This document shows positions 26,265-35,047 of a DNA stretch of 64,000 nucleotides, in pieces (position 1 is the stretch's first letter; each line of letters starts with the position of its first letter). The position numbers and the translations under genes are program-made. The notes below the pieces were generated by a model. The model worked only from the letters and a program-made list of their open reading frames with translations, searched no databases and was not told the origin of the DNA. The stretch covers positions 5,902 through 69,901 of the IMG/VR virus record IMGVR_UViG_3300043174_000028; one strand, 5' to 3'. This stretch comes from a virus (taxonomy: Duplodnaviria > Caudoviricetes).

Positions 26265-29200
26265 TTACTGGCACTTGTTCAGGAAATCTTCCATGTCATT
26301 CAAAATATTCTCATTGGCTTCACCAACTACATTGGTTTTACCTTCTTCTTCCAAAGAGTTTGGAGCAGCTTCTTGTCCAGCTTTTGGTGCACCAAACATG
26401 TTCTGGAAAAGGGACTGTAGCTGAGCCCCTGTCATGTTGCTTGGATTAGTAGGTGTAGATGGCTCTGTTTCTGGATTAGGTGTTTGGTTAGGTGTTTGGT
26501 TAGGTGTGGGATTAGGTGTGGAATTAGGTACATTTTGCCCACTAGCTAGCCTTTTAAGAGCTGCAGCAAAATCAGCACCACTAACAACACGATCCCCTTC
26601 TCCAATATCGGGATACTCTTCTTCTTCTTCCTGCTGCTGCTGCTGCTGTGCTTGAGTTGTTGTAGCCGTAGCCGTAGCTGTCGTCGTATCTGTTGCCGTA
26701 GCTGCTTCAGCATTACTTGCAACATCAAGCTCACTCTGCGCTTCGAGGAAAGCGGCAAACCTTTCTGCTGCGTCTTTTTTGGCAAGATTAAATACGGGAA
26801 TACCTTTACGGGAAGCCATGTCAATAGCTTGACCAGTGCCTCCAGTATCTATGGTTCTTTCCGCAGAAGTCTCTACACCATCAGGTGTCCAAGTCAGCAC
26901 GAAATCAACCGGCGAATCTAAATTCTTACCAAAGATCTGATTGGTGCTTCTTGCCATAAGCGCCAATCCATAAGCATTGAGCTTATCAGGCTGTGGATGA
27001 AGCTCTTTGGCTATTTCTTTAGTTTGATCCGTAGCATCTTTTGCAAGGAAGATTTCCTTGTTTTCCACATTTTCGCCAAATGCAGTGTCTACTCCGACCG
27101 CACCTCCAGAACGCAATACATAACCGAGTTTTTCAAGTATCTTTGCGTACTTGGCTACTAATTCCAAAACTGCTTTCGGAGCTTGTCTAGCGCCTATGCC
27201 TGCATAGGTCATGGTTCTAACTGCAGGATTCTTACTAGGCAGCTTGTCAAAGATAGGTGTCTTGCGTGTGCCACTAGCAGCTTTGGGTTTGTTCTGCGCG
27301 ACATACTCTTTCAGGCCAGCAATAAGCTCTTCAAACTTTGCTGGGTCAACCAGGGCTTCACCCAGGATCCGCATGACCCTGAAACCAAAGCTGGAATCCT
27401 TGTCTTCCTCTGCACCAATGACATTCAGAGTCTTGATGTTGTTGGTTTTCAGGAACTCCCTGATTTGGTCAGCAACCACCTTGGCATAGTCCTTATCCGA
27501 CATGCCTTCAGGCTTGACCATATCCAAGAACAAATAGGGCTTGCTGTTCCTGTCTCCTTCCAAATACTGCAGAGCCTTCTTGTTAGCAAAACTCAGATTC
27601 ACGCCTTCACGCTTCCACAGAATAGTGCCATCAGAATTGGCAATGTTCTGCACCAGCGTCTCAAGATCGTTACCGTAGTCCTTTGGCAGAAGACCAAACC
27701 GCCGACCCAGGATTGAGAGCTTGTCTACGATCAGATCCTTTAGAGCAATTCCTCCGGTCAGCAGATTAAACATCTCTGCGATGTACAGAGAACCAGTATC
27801 TCCACCGCTTCTACCTGCAGAAGTGACCTTCTCGACAGAGAGTTCTGGGTTCAAGGGCAGGTTGCCTGGCTTCCTGTCTTTCCCGAGATCTTCCCCTGTA
27901 GGTACACCCTCGTACCGGGCAACCATGAGCATCTTGAAGCTTTCATACAGAGCCTTGGCGTAGAAGTCCAAGTCCTGCTGCATAGTCTCCACGCTGTTCA
28001 GGTCTGCACCCTTTCCAGCTTTCTGGTACTGCAAAGCCAAAAGCAAACCAAAGAAGTTGTTGAGCATTGGGCTCATGTTAGAGACGTACTGGATCCGCAA
28101 GGGAGTAACTACGCTACCTGCGATTGGATCCATGGCAGCCAACTTGGCTGCGAGTTCTTGCCTGTCTTTTTCGGGGAGAGTGTTTCCATATAACTCACCC
28201 GTCAAAGGCACAAAGCTTCCGTCTTTAGCCTGAGAAATAAACTTCACTTCGAGCTTGTTCTTTGCACCCTCTTCCGCAGCAGGCGTGTAGTTGAAGACCC
28301 AATTAAGCTTGACTGCCTCTACCAGATCCAACTTATCCAGAGTCAAACCAAACAGCTTCTTCAGCTTGCCTATCAGCTTGCCAGCTATTCCTCGGACATT
28401 CTTTTCAGCCACTCTGTCTGAACGAAATTCTCCGAACTTCTTAAAGTTCTCCTGGACCGACTTAATGATTTCAACCTGAGTGCTGACCCACTCCTCACTG
28501 GTCTTGTCCAACTGCTCCAGCGCATCACCGTCCAGCTCACGCTTGATGACTTCATAAGCCCTCAAAGCCTGGAACAACTCAGCATTGGCTCTGGCATTTA
28601 CGCTGTCTTTGGTTTTCAGCAGAGCATTTATGTTTACACCTGCTTCTGTGAGTCTCTTGACGACCTCTTCGCCAAGATTCTCTTTCAGGTTTTTAATGAA
28701 CTTGTCTACGTCAGAGATCTCGGAGATCTCAATGCTCGTGCTGTCCTTATTCAAGCCAACAAGCTTGTTGGTCTTTTCCAGGGACGGCTTGACCAAGCCG
28801 ACCTTGAAATCGACATTGCTCAGACTCTTCAGGAAATCCCTGACATTGGACACCACGTAGAGCAGTACGCCGGTACGCTTGGGCTGAGGATTCTTCTTTG
28901 GACCAGTACCGGCCCCGGTACCCGTGCCTGTACCTGTGCCAGTACCCGCACTCTCTGCGCCACCTGAGCCCCCTCTAGGCCCTCTACCGCCTGACCCTGT
29001 ACCTACCCCTTCCCCGGCCTCTCCGCCGCCTCTCTGGCCACCGGAACGCCCAACCAGCCAGTCAGAGAAACGTGTCTGGAGCTTGCTGAAGATCTCCGTG
29101 AACTGGTTGGCAGTTTCAGCATCCAGCTTGCCGATGAAGTCAGCCAGTTGAGCCACCAGCTCTTTGACCCTGGCATGGGTCTCTGCGGTGTAGGGTCCGT

Positions 29201-32200
29201 TGAACAGGGCATTGAGTTCGCCCATGGGACCAGCAAACTCTGGGTTGCTGCTGGCTTCAATGGAGTTCTGCAGTGCCGCTAGGACCGCTGCAGCAGAGGA
29301 GGCTCCCGTTGCAGCAGTGGAAGTTGCTGCTGTGCCAGTAGCAGCAGTGGTGGTAGTGGTGGTGGTACCAGTACCAGTACCAGTACCAGTACCGGCATTA
29401 GTGGAGGTACCTGTAGCGCCCTCTGCACCAGCAGCCGCAGCAGCCGCAGCTTTTTCTTTTGCCTTTTCAGCCTTGTTGGCTTGGTTCCTGTAGATGACAT
29501 CCCTGGAGATTCTCTGGGGAGGGTCAAACCGCAAGAAGTTTTTCTTCTCGCCAGTGACAGGATCCATGTACTCCGTATCGATTAACGGACCTAGACCCTT
29601 GCGTTCTTTGGTTCCTAGAGGAAGCTCACCAGTCCTGGCCAGGTTGTTCCTGATTTGGTACAGGCTGTCATGGATCTTCTGCATGGCAGCTTGTTCTTTG
29701 AGCAGGGTGTTCAGAAAGTTCCTGGCACCCGTAACGGTGGTGGAAGTAACCAGGTCTCTAGTACCTCCCCCCATGCTCTTGTTGTAGGCGGATCTAACCC
29801 GATTCCAGACATCCTTTTCCTGGACCGTAGCTGGATCTTCCTTAGACATTACCTCTTCAAACTGAGCCAGAACTTCCTGTAAGTCTTCAACCTTGTTTTG
29901 CTGGCTATACAGGAAGGTACTGAAGTTGTTCAGCAGACGGTCTACTTCAGTCGTGTTCTTTTTGTTGTTGGCTAGGACACGAAGAATCCTCTCTGCATGA
30001 CCAATGACGGACTGCTTGCCCTGCTTCTCCTGGTAGTTGAGCTTGCCAAACTGACCAAACTTTTCATTAAAGACTTTGGAAGCTTCACCAGTAAGGTTTG
30101 AGATAAGAGCCTGAAACTCTGCGGGCAAGCCAGCAATCATCTCCCTAAATTCAGGAGAGCTGAAGCTATCCAGCACTCCTGCTTCCAGCATGGAGATGAG
30201 TTTCTTAACGGAATTGCTGCTGCTCTTGCCGCTGCCGATGGAAGCCATCAAGGATTCCATGGCTTCATCGCCTGCAAACCTTTCTCCTTCGCTTAGTGGA
30301 GGAGTGTTGTACAGCGTATCGTTAATGTCGTTGATGGTTTGTTTGAGATAGGGGAACAGGAAAGCTTTCCTAAATTCACCTAACTGAACCTTCAGGTCGT
30401 CTAAGACAGCTTTCTGTTGGCCAAGCGAGTTCGTGTCTTCTGCAGTCAGGGTTTCCTTTTTGGATAGTTCTTCAACCTGCCGCTCAAGCTTTTCCTGAGC
30501 TACTCTGCCGGACTCAAGTACGTCGAACACATCTCCGACAGTGACTTTATCCGCAGACTTGCTAGAGACAACTTCCTCCGTGTGAATGTAGGCTTTGAGC
30601 CACTCATTGGCAGAAGCCTCTGGGCTCAAGCCAACGATGCTTCCAGTCTTTGGATCGAACTGAGTGGTTCGAGTAGTCTTGCTGAGAGTCTCCTGCTCAG
30701 AGAGTTTCTGGCTTATGGCTTGCTGGAACTTCTCAGGAGAGAGGCTGGCTATAGGCGCATTGAAATCAATGGGGGATGTATCGGCTTCTGCTTTCTGAGC
30801 AGGAGCAGTTCCACCACCACCACCTGTACCTGAAGGACCAGTGTCATCCTCACTTACAGTTGTGTTGATGAGATTGGACCATCTGTTCTTGAGCCTTTGC
30901 CCAAGACTTTCTCTTCTGTCTGTGGCTTCACCAGATCCAGAAAAGATGCTACGGACTCCGGAAGCAAAAGCCTTAGCAGGCTGGTTAAACACCTGGGTAC
31001 CTGATGCCAAACCAAAGCCAGTTACAGCACCCGTACCTGCTTGCGTACCTACACCCTGGTACCAGGGTGTGTCCTGTCCCAAATTCTCTCGGGCATTGAT
31101 GTTAGAGATAGCCTTGCTACCACCGCTCTCAAGAGCTTCCTGGAAAAACTCTCCCATGCCAGGCTTGAAGAAATTCCCTGCAGCCTGAAAGACTCTTCCC
31201 TTTCCAGATAGCTTTTCCGAGCTTTTTGCTGCCTGCACAGCAATGCCTTTCTCAAGGCTACTGCCACCCAACAGTGTGTTGGCAACAATGGTTATGGGCA
31301 GCATTCCTGCAAAGGCATCGGCATAAGCCTTTTCAGCCACAATGCTTCTAGCTTCTTCCTGAGATACCGACTTAATCAGCTCTCGGTATAGAGAATTTTT
31401 CTTGGCTAGAACTTCAAAGGGCGTATCCAGAACTGCATTGGAAGCCTCATGCGCAGTGGACGCAGCTTCCATGAGCACAGCAGAACCAACAACTGGGGCG
31501 CTTACATAGCCTCGCAGGTACTTGACAACTGCCTTGTCGTTCAAGGGAAGCTTGGCCAGGTCATCAGGCATGTTCTTAATGCCAAGCTTCCTGGCGATAG
31601 AACCTACCTTGACTGAGAGCATCAAGCTGCTGAGAGACTCTGAGGCAGTCTCCATTACCCTGGCTGGATCTTGCAGCGAATCTACAACCGACTTGTAGAA
31701 ATCTTTACTGAGGTTCAAACCAATAGCAGCATCCCTGGAGTAACCCACATCCATCAAGGTTTGGATTCTGTCCTCGGTGCTTGCTTCAGAAATCCTGTCA
31801 CGTAGCGCAGCCATGGCATCCTTGTATTGCCCTATGGAACTGCGCTTGCTCTTCAAATACTTTGCTGTGTCGTCCAGGCCCTTAGTTACTTTACCCAGGC
31901 CCCAATCCCAAAGCTTCTCTACACCCTTGCCGCTATTGATAATGAATTGTTCGATATTTTCTTCTGGGGTATTCAGATACTTCCGGCTGTTTAGAAGCTC
32001 TTCTCTCAACTTGCTCTGCTTAACATCTTCAGCTATGGCCTGCGCACGATCCTTCCTGGCTTTATCCCAGGTTTCAGCAAAGCGGCTTACACCCGTACCA
32101 AAGGCTTCTGAGTAAACATCTTCTTTCCCTTCACGCAGGGATTTCTTGATACTTTGTGTACCACCAAACAAACCGGAACCATAAGCTGTACCGAAATCCT

Positions 32201-33017
32201 CGACATATCCTGAAAGGGCTTCCGCAGTAGTAATTGGATCTTTGACGGTACTAACTAGACCACCAACAACATCTGCCACACCTGCACCAAAATTCTTGGC
32301 TGCATCCTTGGAGTATTCCCAAATACTTCTATCACCTCTGCCTTTAAGGTCTAGTCCGGCTGCTCCGGAAAAGACATCCCGCATTCGCTTTTCAGCATTG
32401 GCATCGTCTGCATAATTGAAGTTGAATTTTGGATCATTAAACGCATCCAGCAAAGACTCCCCATTTGGAGCTGTAATGTCCGCGTAGGCAGCTCCTGTTG
32501 GGCTCAATGAAAAACCTGTATTGCCGGTAGCAGTCAACCGACCCCTGTCGCCCAACCCTCTTACAGCATCATTTACGTTGTTCTGCACATACCTGGCATA
32601 CTCCGCAGCTACGGACGGAGTAACATAATCTTTATCCGGTTCAATATTCTTCGGACCAAACCAGTTGCTAGTAGTCTTACCTAAATTGTTAGCAACGTAG
32701 TTCTGTACTTTCTGCCACTCTCTAGGATTAGTCTGAGCAAGCTGTTCAAAGTACGGAAGATCACCACTAAAAATATTTACCTTGTTTGAACCTAGCTTGA
32801 AGATAGTGCCATCGACATTAAGCTCGTTCTCCTTTTGAGGTATGAACTCAATAGGCTTACCAACGAACTTGTCCTCTTCAATCTGCTTCGCAGCTTTTGG
32901 ATCAAGCCTTCCTCTCTTCTCCTGACCAATGGACTCCAGGAATCTGGATTTAGTTTCAGCCAGAGAAAGGTTTGCATCTGCTGAGGCTTCAGCCCACAGA
33001 TCGTAAGGACTAGCCAT
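26265..33017 (-). CDS. Large ejected protein corresponding to the N-terminal part of N4 vRNAP, with two SLOG-family domains, 2250 aa
   Basis: EFFQEALESGG...GVGTQAGTGAVTGFG resembles the N4 vRNAP N-domain (from recall); SLOG motifs SAGRSGGD/NSDGT/KTLNVIG and YAGIGAR/SGGAVGVD/GGTGQAI; a single Cys (penultimate residue). Confidence 0.8.
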   Translation of the reverse strand: MASPYDLWAEASADANLSLAETKSRFLESIGQEKRGRLDPKAAKQIEEDKFVGKPIEFIPQKENELNVDGTIFKLGSNKVNIFSGDLPYFEQLAQTNPREWQKVQNYVANNLGKTTSNWFGPKNIEPDKDYVTPSVAAEYARYVQNNVNDAVRGLGDRGRLTATGNTGFSLSPTGAAYADITAPNGESLLDAFNDPKFNFNYADDANAEKRMRDVFSGAAGLDLKGRGDRSIWEYSKDAAKNFGAGVADVVGGLVSTVKDPITTAEALSGYVEDFGTAYGSGLFGGTQSIKKSLREGKEDVYSEAFGTGVSRFAETWDKARKDRAQAIAEDVKQSKLREELLNSRKYLNTPEENIEQFIINSGKGVEKLWDWGLGKVTKGLDDTAKYLKSKRSSIGQYKDAMAALRDRISEASTEDRIQTLMDVGYSRDAAIGLNLSKDFYKSVVDSLQDPARVMETASESLSSLMLSVKVGSIARKLGIKNMPDDLAKLPLNDKAVVKYLRGYVSAPVVGSAVLMEAASTAHEASNAVLDTPFEVLAKKNSLYRELIKSVSQEEARSIVAEKAYADAFAGMLPITIVANTLLGGSSLEKGIAVQAAKSSEKLSGKGRVFQAAGNFFKPGMGEFFQEALESGGSKAISNINARENLGQDTPWYQGVGTQAGTGAVTGFGLASGTQVFNQPAKAFASGVRSIFSGSGEATDRRESLGQRLKNRWSNLINTTVSEDDTGPSGTGGGGGTAPAQKAEADTSPIDFNAPIASLSPEKFQQAISQKLSEQETLSKTTRTTQFDPKTGSIVGLSPEASANEWLKAYIHTEEVVSSKSADKVTVGDVFDVLESGRVAQEKLERQVEELSKKETLTAEDTNSLGQQKAVLDDLKVQLGEFRKAFLFPYLKQTINDINDTLYNTPPLSEGERFAGDEAMESLMASIGSGKSSSNSVKKLISMLEAGVLDSFSSPEFREMIAGLPAEFQALISNLTGEASKVFNEKFGQFGKLNYQEKQGKQSVIGHAERILRVLANNKKNTTEVDRLLNNFSTFLYSQQNKVEDLQEVLAQFEEVMSKEDPATVQEKDVWNRVRSAYNKSMGGGTRDLVTSTTVTGARNFLNTLLKEQAAMQKIHDSLYQIRNNLARTGELPLGTKERKGLGPLIDTEYMDPVTGEKKNFLRFDPPQRISRDVIYRNQANKAEKAKEKAAAAAAAGAEGATGTSTNAGTGTGTGTGTTTTTTTAATGTAATSTAATGASSAAAVLAALQNSIEASSNPEFAGPMGELNALFNGPYTAETHARVKELVAQLADFIGKLDAETANQFTEIFSKLQTRFSDWLVGRSGGQRGGGEAGEGVGTGSGGRGPRGGSGGAESAGTGTGTGTGTGAGTGPKKNPQPKRTGVLLYVVSNVRDFLKSLSNVDFKVGLVKPSLEKTNKLVGLNKDSTSIEISEISDVDKFIKNLKENLGEEVVKRLTEAGVNINALLKTKDSVNARANAELFQALRAYEVIKRELDGDALEQLDKTSEEWVSTQVEIIKSVQENFKKFGEFRSDRVAEKNVRGIAGKLIGKLKKLFGLTLDKLDLVEAVKLNWVFNYTPAAEEGAKNKLEVKFISQAKDGSFVPLTGELYGNTLPEKDRQELAAKLAAMDPIAGSVVTPLRIQYVSNMSPMLNNFFGLLLALQYQKAGKGADLNSVETMQQDLDFYAKALYESFKMLMVARYEGVPTGEDLGKDRKPGNLPLNPELSVEKVTSAGRSGGDTGSLYIAEMFNLLTGGIALKDLIVDKLSILGRRFGLLPKDYGNDLETLVQNIANSDGTILWKREGVNLSFANKKALQYLEGDRNSKPYLFLDMVKPEGMSDKDYAKVVADQIREFLKTNNIKTLNVIGAEEDKDSSFGFRVMRILGEALVDPAKFEELIAGLKEYVAQNKPKAASGTRKTPIFDKLPSKNPAVRTMTYAGIGARQAPKAVLELVAKYAKILEKLGYVLRSGGAVGVDTAFGENVENKEIFLAKDATDQTKEIAKELHPQPDKLNAYGLALMARSTNQIFGKNLDSPVDFVLTWTPDGVETSAERTIDTGGTGQAIDMASRKGIPVFNLAKKDAAERFAAFLEAQSELDVASNAEAATATDTTTATATATTTQAQQQQQQEEEEEYPDIGEGDRVVSGADFAAALKRLASGQNVPNSTPNPTPNQTPNQTPNPETEPSTPTNPSNMTGAQLQSLFQNMFGAPKAGQEAAPNSLEEEGKTNVVGEANENILNDMEDFLNKCQ

Positions 33018-33019
33018 GC

Positions 33020-34465
33020 TTATCTCCAAATATCTCTACGCCCCGTCAAAATATCACGATTTCGAGAATCTTTTTCAGTTCGCGCGGTTTCTGCATTGTT
33101 AGCCCGTGTTTTTTCGTCTTTCGCAACTTGTGCTTCAAACTCACTTCTTTTTTCATCTAATTTAAGTAGAAACTTTTGCATCTCTACATATGCGTTATAC
33201 GCTGCCTGCCCACTACCTGTAGGTATAGTGGAAACTAAATCTCCAGTTAGTTGAGCCATCTTCTTTGGATCGTACTCAGCGGAGTGCATCATTCTCGGAA
33301 GGATTTCAAGAATGGCCTCTCCATTGAATCTCTTTTGAGCCAACAGACCGACTGTGTTTTCTACTTCTTTGCGCAGCTTATTTACGTCACTATTTACGTC
33401 ATATAGTGAGTCGTAGAAGTTATCTCCAAATACCTTCTGCAAACCTGTCTGCAGGTGTGGCGAAGTCTGACTGAACAATGCTCTTGTCACACTTTCTACA
33501 GAAGTTTCACCAGGCTTAGATCCAACAAACCAATCATCAGGATTGGGGAGTCGTACTTTCCCATTAGCGCCATATACAACATTGCCGCTTTCAAATACTT
33601 TCATAGCTTCTGATCTTCTTGCTGCGGCGTCTAATGATTTCCCGGCTTCAGCAATTGCTTGAGCACGAGCTAAAGCTTCATTTTGTTGGTTGAAATACAC
33701 ACTCTTACGAAGCATTTCGGGAGGTATCTTGTGCTCATCCGCATACTCTCTAAAGAAATTACCCATTTGAGTATCAGCATAAGCACCAGCTTTAGCTTTA
33801 AGTTCTGCGGGCAAATTCTCTGGCAAAGGTTGGTTAGGATGGGTTGACAACCATTCGTTCATACCTCTTTGGTAGAATCCATCTGCGATATTTTGACGTT
33901 GTGTATTAAAAGCTATGTCGGCTTGCCTGGATGCAGCGTCAGCATCTCTCTCGTCTTTCCCCAAACGCTGAATATTTTCTCGCTGTTCTTTAGTTAAATG
34001 GCCAGTTTCAGTATTGGCATAAGCTTGTGCGTTATGACTTCCAATTTGTGCCTTAGCCAAAGGTTCCACCATCTTGGCTTCTTCTTCTGCCTTATTTGCC
34101 TGAGCCGAACTCAGCTTACCCGAAGTCAAATCTTTGTAAGCACCACCCGTACTCTTCAGTACATTTTCAAAAGTACCTATTCCAGCAGCAGTAGGTATGC
34201 CGCTACCTGCTAGCATGGAGTAGAAGTTTCCCTGTTCTTTGTTGAGCTTCTCGAAATCTCCACCGTAGCTGCCCATGAACGCTGCAACCAGACGGCTAGC
34301 ATCGTTTAGCTCCTGCTCTCTACGACTCTCACCGTAGGCTTTGCTCAGATTGATTAGATCGGTCGAAGCATGAGCCAGACCCGATGCAGCCGTTGCACCA
34401 AAGCCAGTCTCGAACTTGGGACCATCTACGTTCTTCCAGGAGATCGGAGAGCTTTTAGTAGTCAT
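33020..34465 (-). CDS. Internal virion/ejection protein (N4 gp51 position)
   Basis: Synteny, Ala-rich helical composition, no Cys. Confidence 0.65.
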   Translation of the reverse strand: MTTKSSPISWKNVDGPKFETGFGATAASGLAHASTDLINLSKAYGESRREQELNDASRLVAAFMGSYGGDFEKLNKEQGNFYSMLAGSGIPTAAGIGTFENVLKSTGGAYKDLTSGKLSSAQANKAEEEAKMVEPLAKAQIGSHNAQAYANTETGHLTKEQRENIQRLGKDERDADAASRQADIAFNTQRQNIADGFYQRGMNEWLSTHPNQPLPENLPAELKAKAGAYADTQMGNFFREYADEHKIPPEMLRKSVYFNQQNEALARAQAIAEAGKSLDAAARRSEAMKVFESGNVVYGANGKVRLPNPDDWFVGSKPGETSVESVTRALFSQTSPHLQTGLQKVFGDNFYDSLYDVNSDVNKLRKEVENTVGLLAQKRFNGEAILEILPRMMHSAEYDPKKMAQLTGDLVSTIPTGSGQAAYNAYVEMQKFLLKLDEKRSEFEAQVAKDEKTRANNAETARTEKDSRNRDILTGRRDIWR

Positions 34466-34475
34466 GGCTCATTCC

Positions 34476-35045
34476 TCAACCAATGCTGTACTTCTGAATG
34501 TACTGCGCTTCAGTGGGTCGGCTGGTAATCGTATGGTTCGGGTCAAAGGTCTCGTAGGCATTAGCCTTACGAGCCACCGCATTGTTGTAATCCGCTAGCT
34601 GGTTCGCGTAGTTCTTGTTCCAGGAATCCTTCTGGAACTCGAAAGCTTCCTTCTGCAGATTCAAGGACTGCATGGCATTCCAGACCTGACCCAAGCTGGC
34701 AATGGCAGAGAGCCCACGGCTAATGCCTTCCATGCCACCCAAGCTGCTCAAGAAACCAGAGTTGGCATTAGGGTCGGTTTCTAGGTTTTTCCAAGTAGTC
34801 TGGAAGTTCTCAATGGCTTTAGGGTCTGCATTGGCAGCCTGCAGTGGTGATAGCTGCTGAGTGAACATAGGCAATGCAGCATTGGGTACAGCATAGGTTT
34901 TACCTTGGAAAACCATGGGAACAGTGTTAGCAGTGCTGCTGCTGCTACCACCAAAAAGTCCACCAAAAAGACCATTTCCACTGCTACTACTGCTGGTAGT
35001 TGGAGTGGTTGTAATACCGGGAAACTGCAAGCTTGACCAGGCCAT
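34476..35045 (-). CDS. Small ejection protein (N4 gp52-like)
   Basis: GLSAIASLGQVWNAMQSLNLQKEAFEFQK..WNKNYANQ pattern; Gly/Ser-rich; no Cys. Confidence 0.75.
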   Translation of the reverse strand: MAWSSLQFPGITTTPTTSSSSSGNGLFGGLFGGSSSSTANTVPMVFQGKTYAVPNAALPMFTQQLSPLQAANADPKAIENFQTTWKNLETDPNANSGFLSSLGGMEGISRGLSAIASLGQVWNAMQSLNLQKEAFEFQKDSWNKNYANQLADYNNAVARKANAYETFDPNHTITSRPTEAQYIQKYSIG

Positions 35046-35047
35046 GT

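Noticed and set aside
26455-26530. 12-bp tandem repeats (ttaggtgt...) here and gtacca repeats near 29360-29395 as possible CRISPR or VNTR elements
   Set aside because: They encode PNQT/PNPT and GT linkers in the ejected protein and have no unique spacers.
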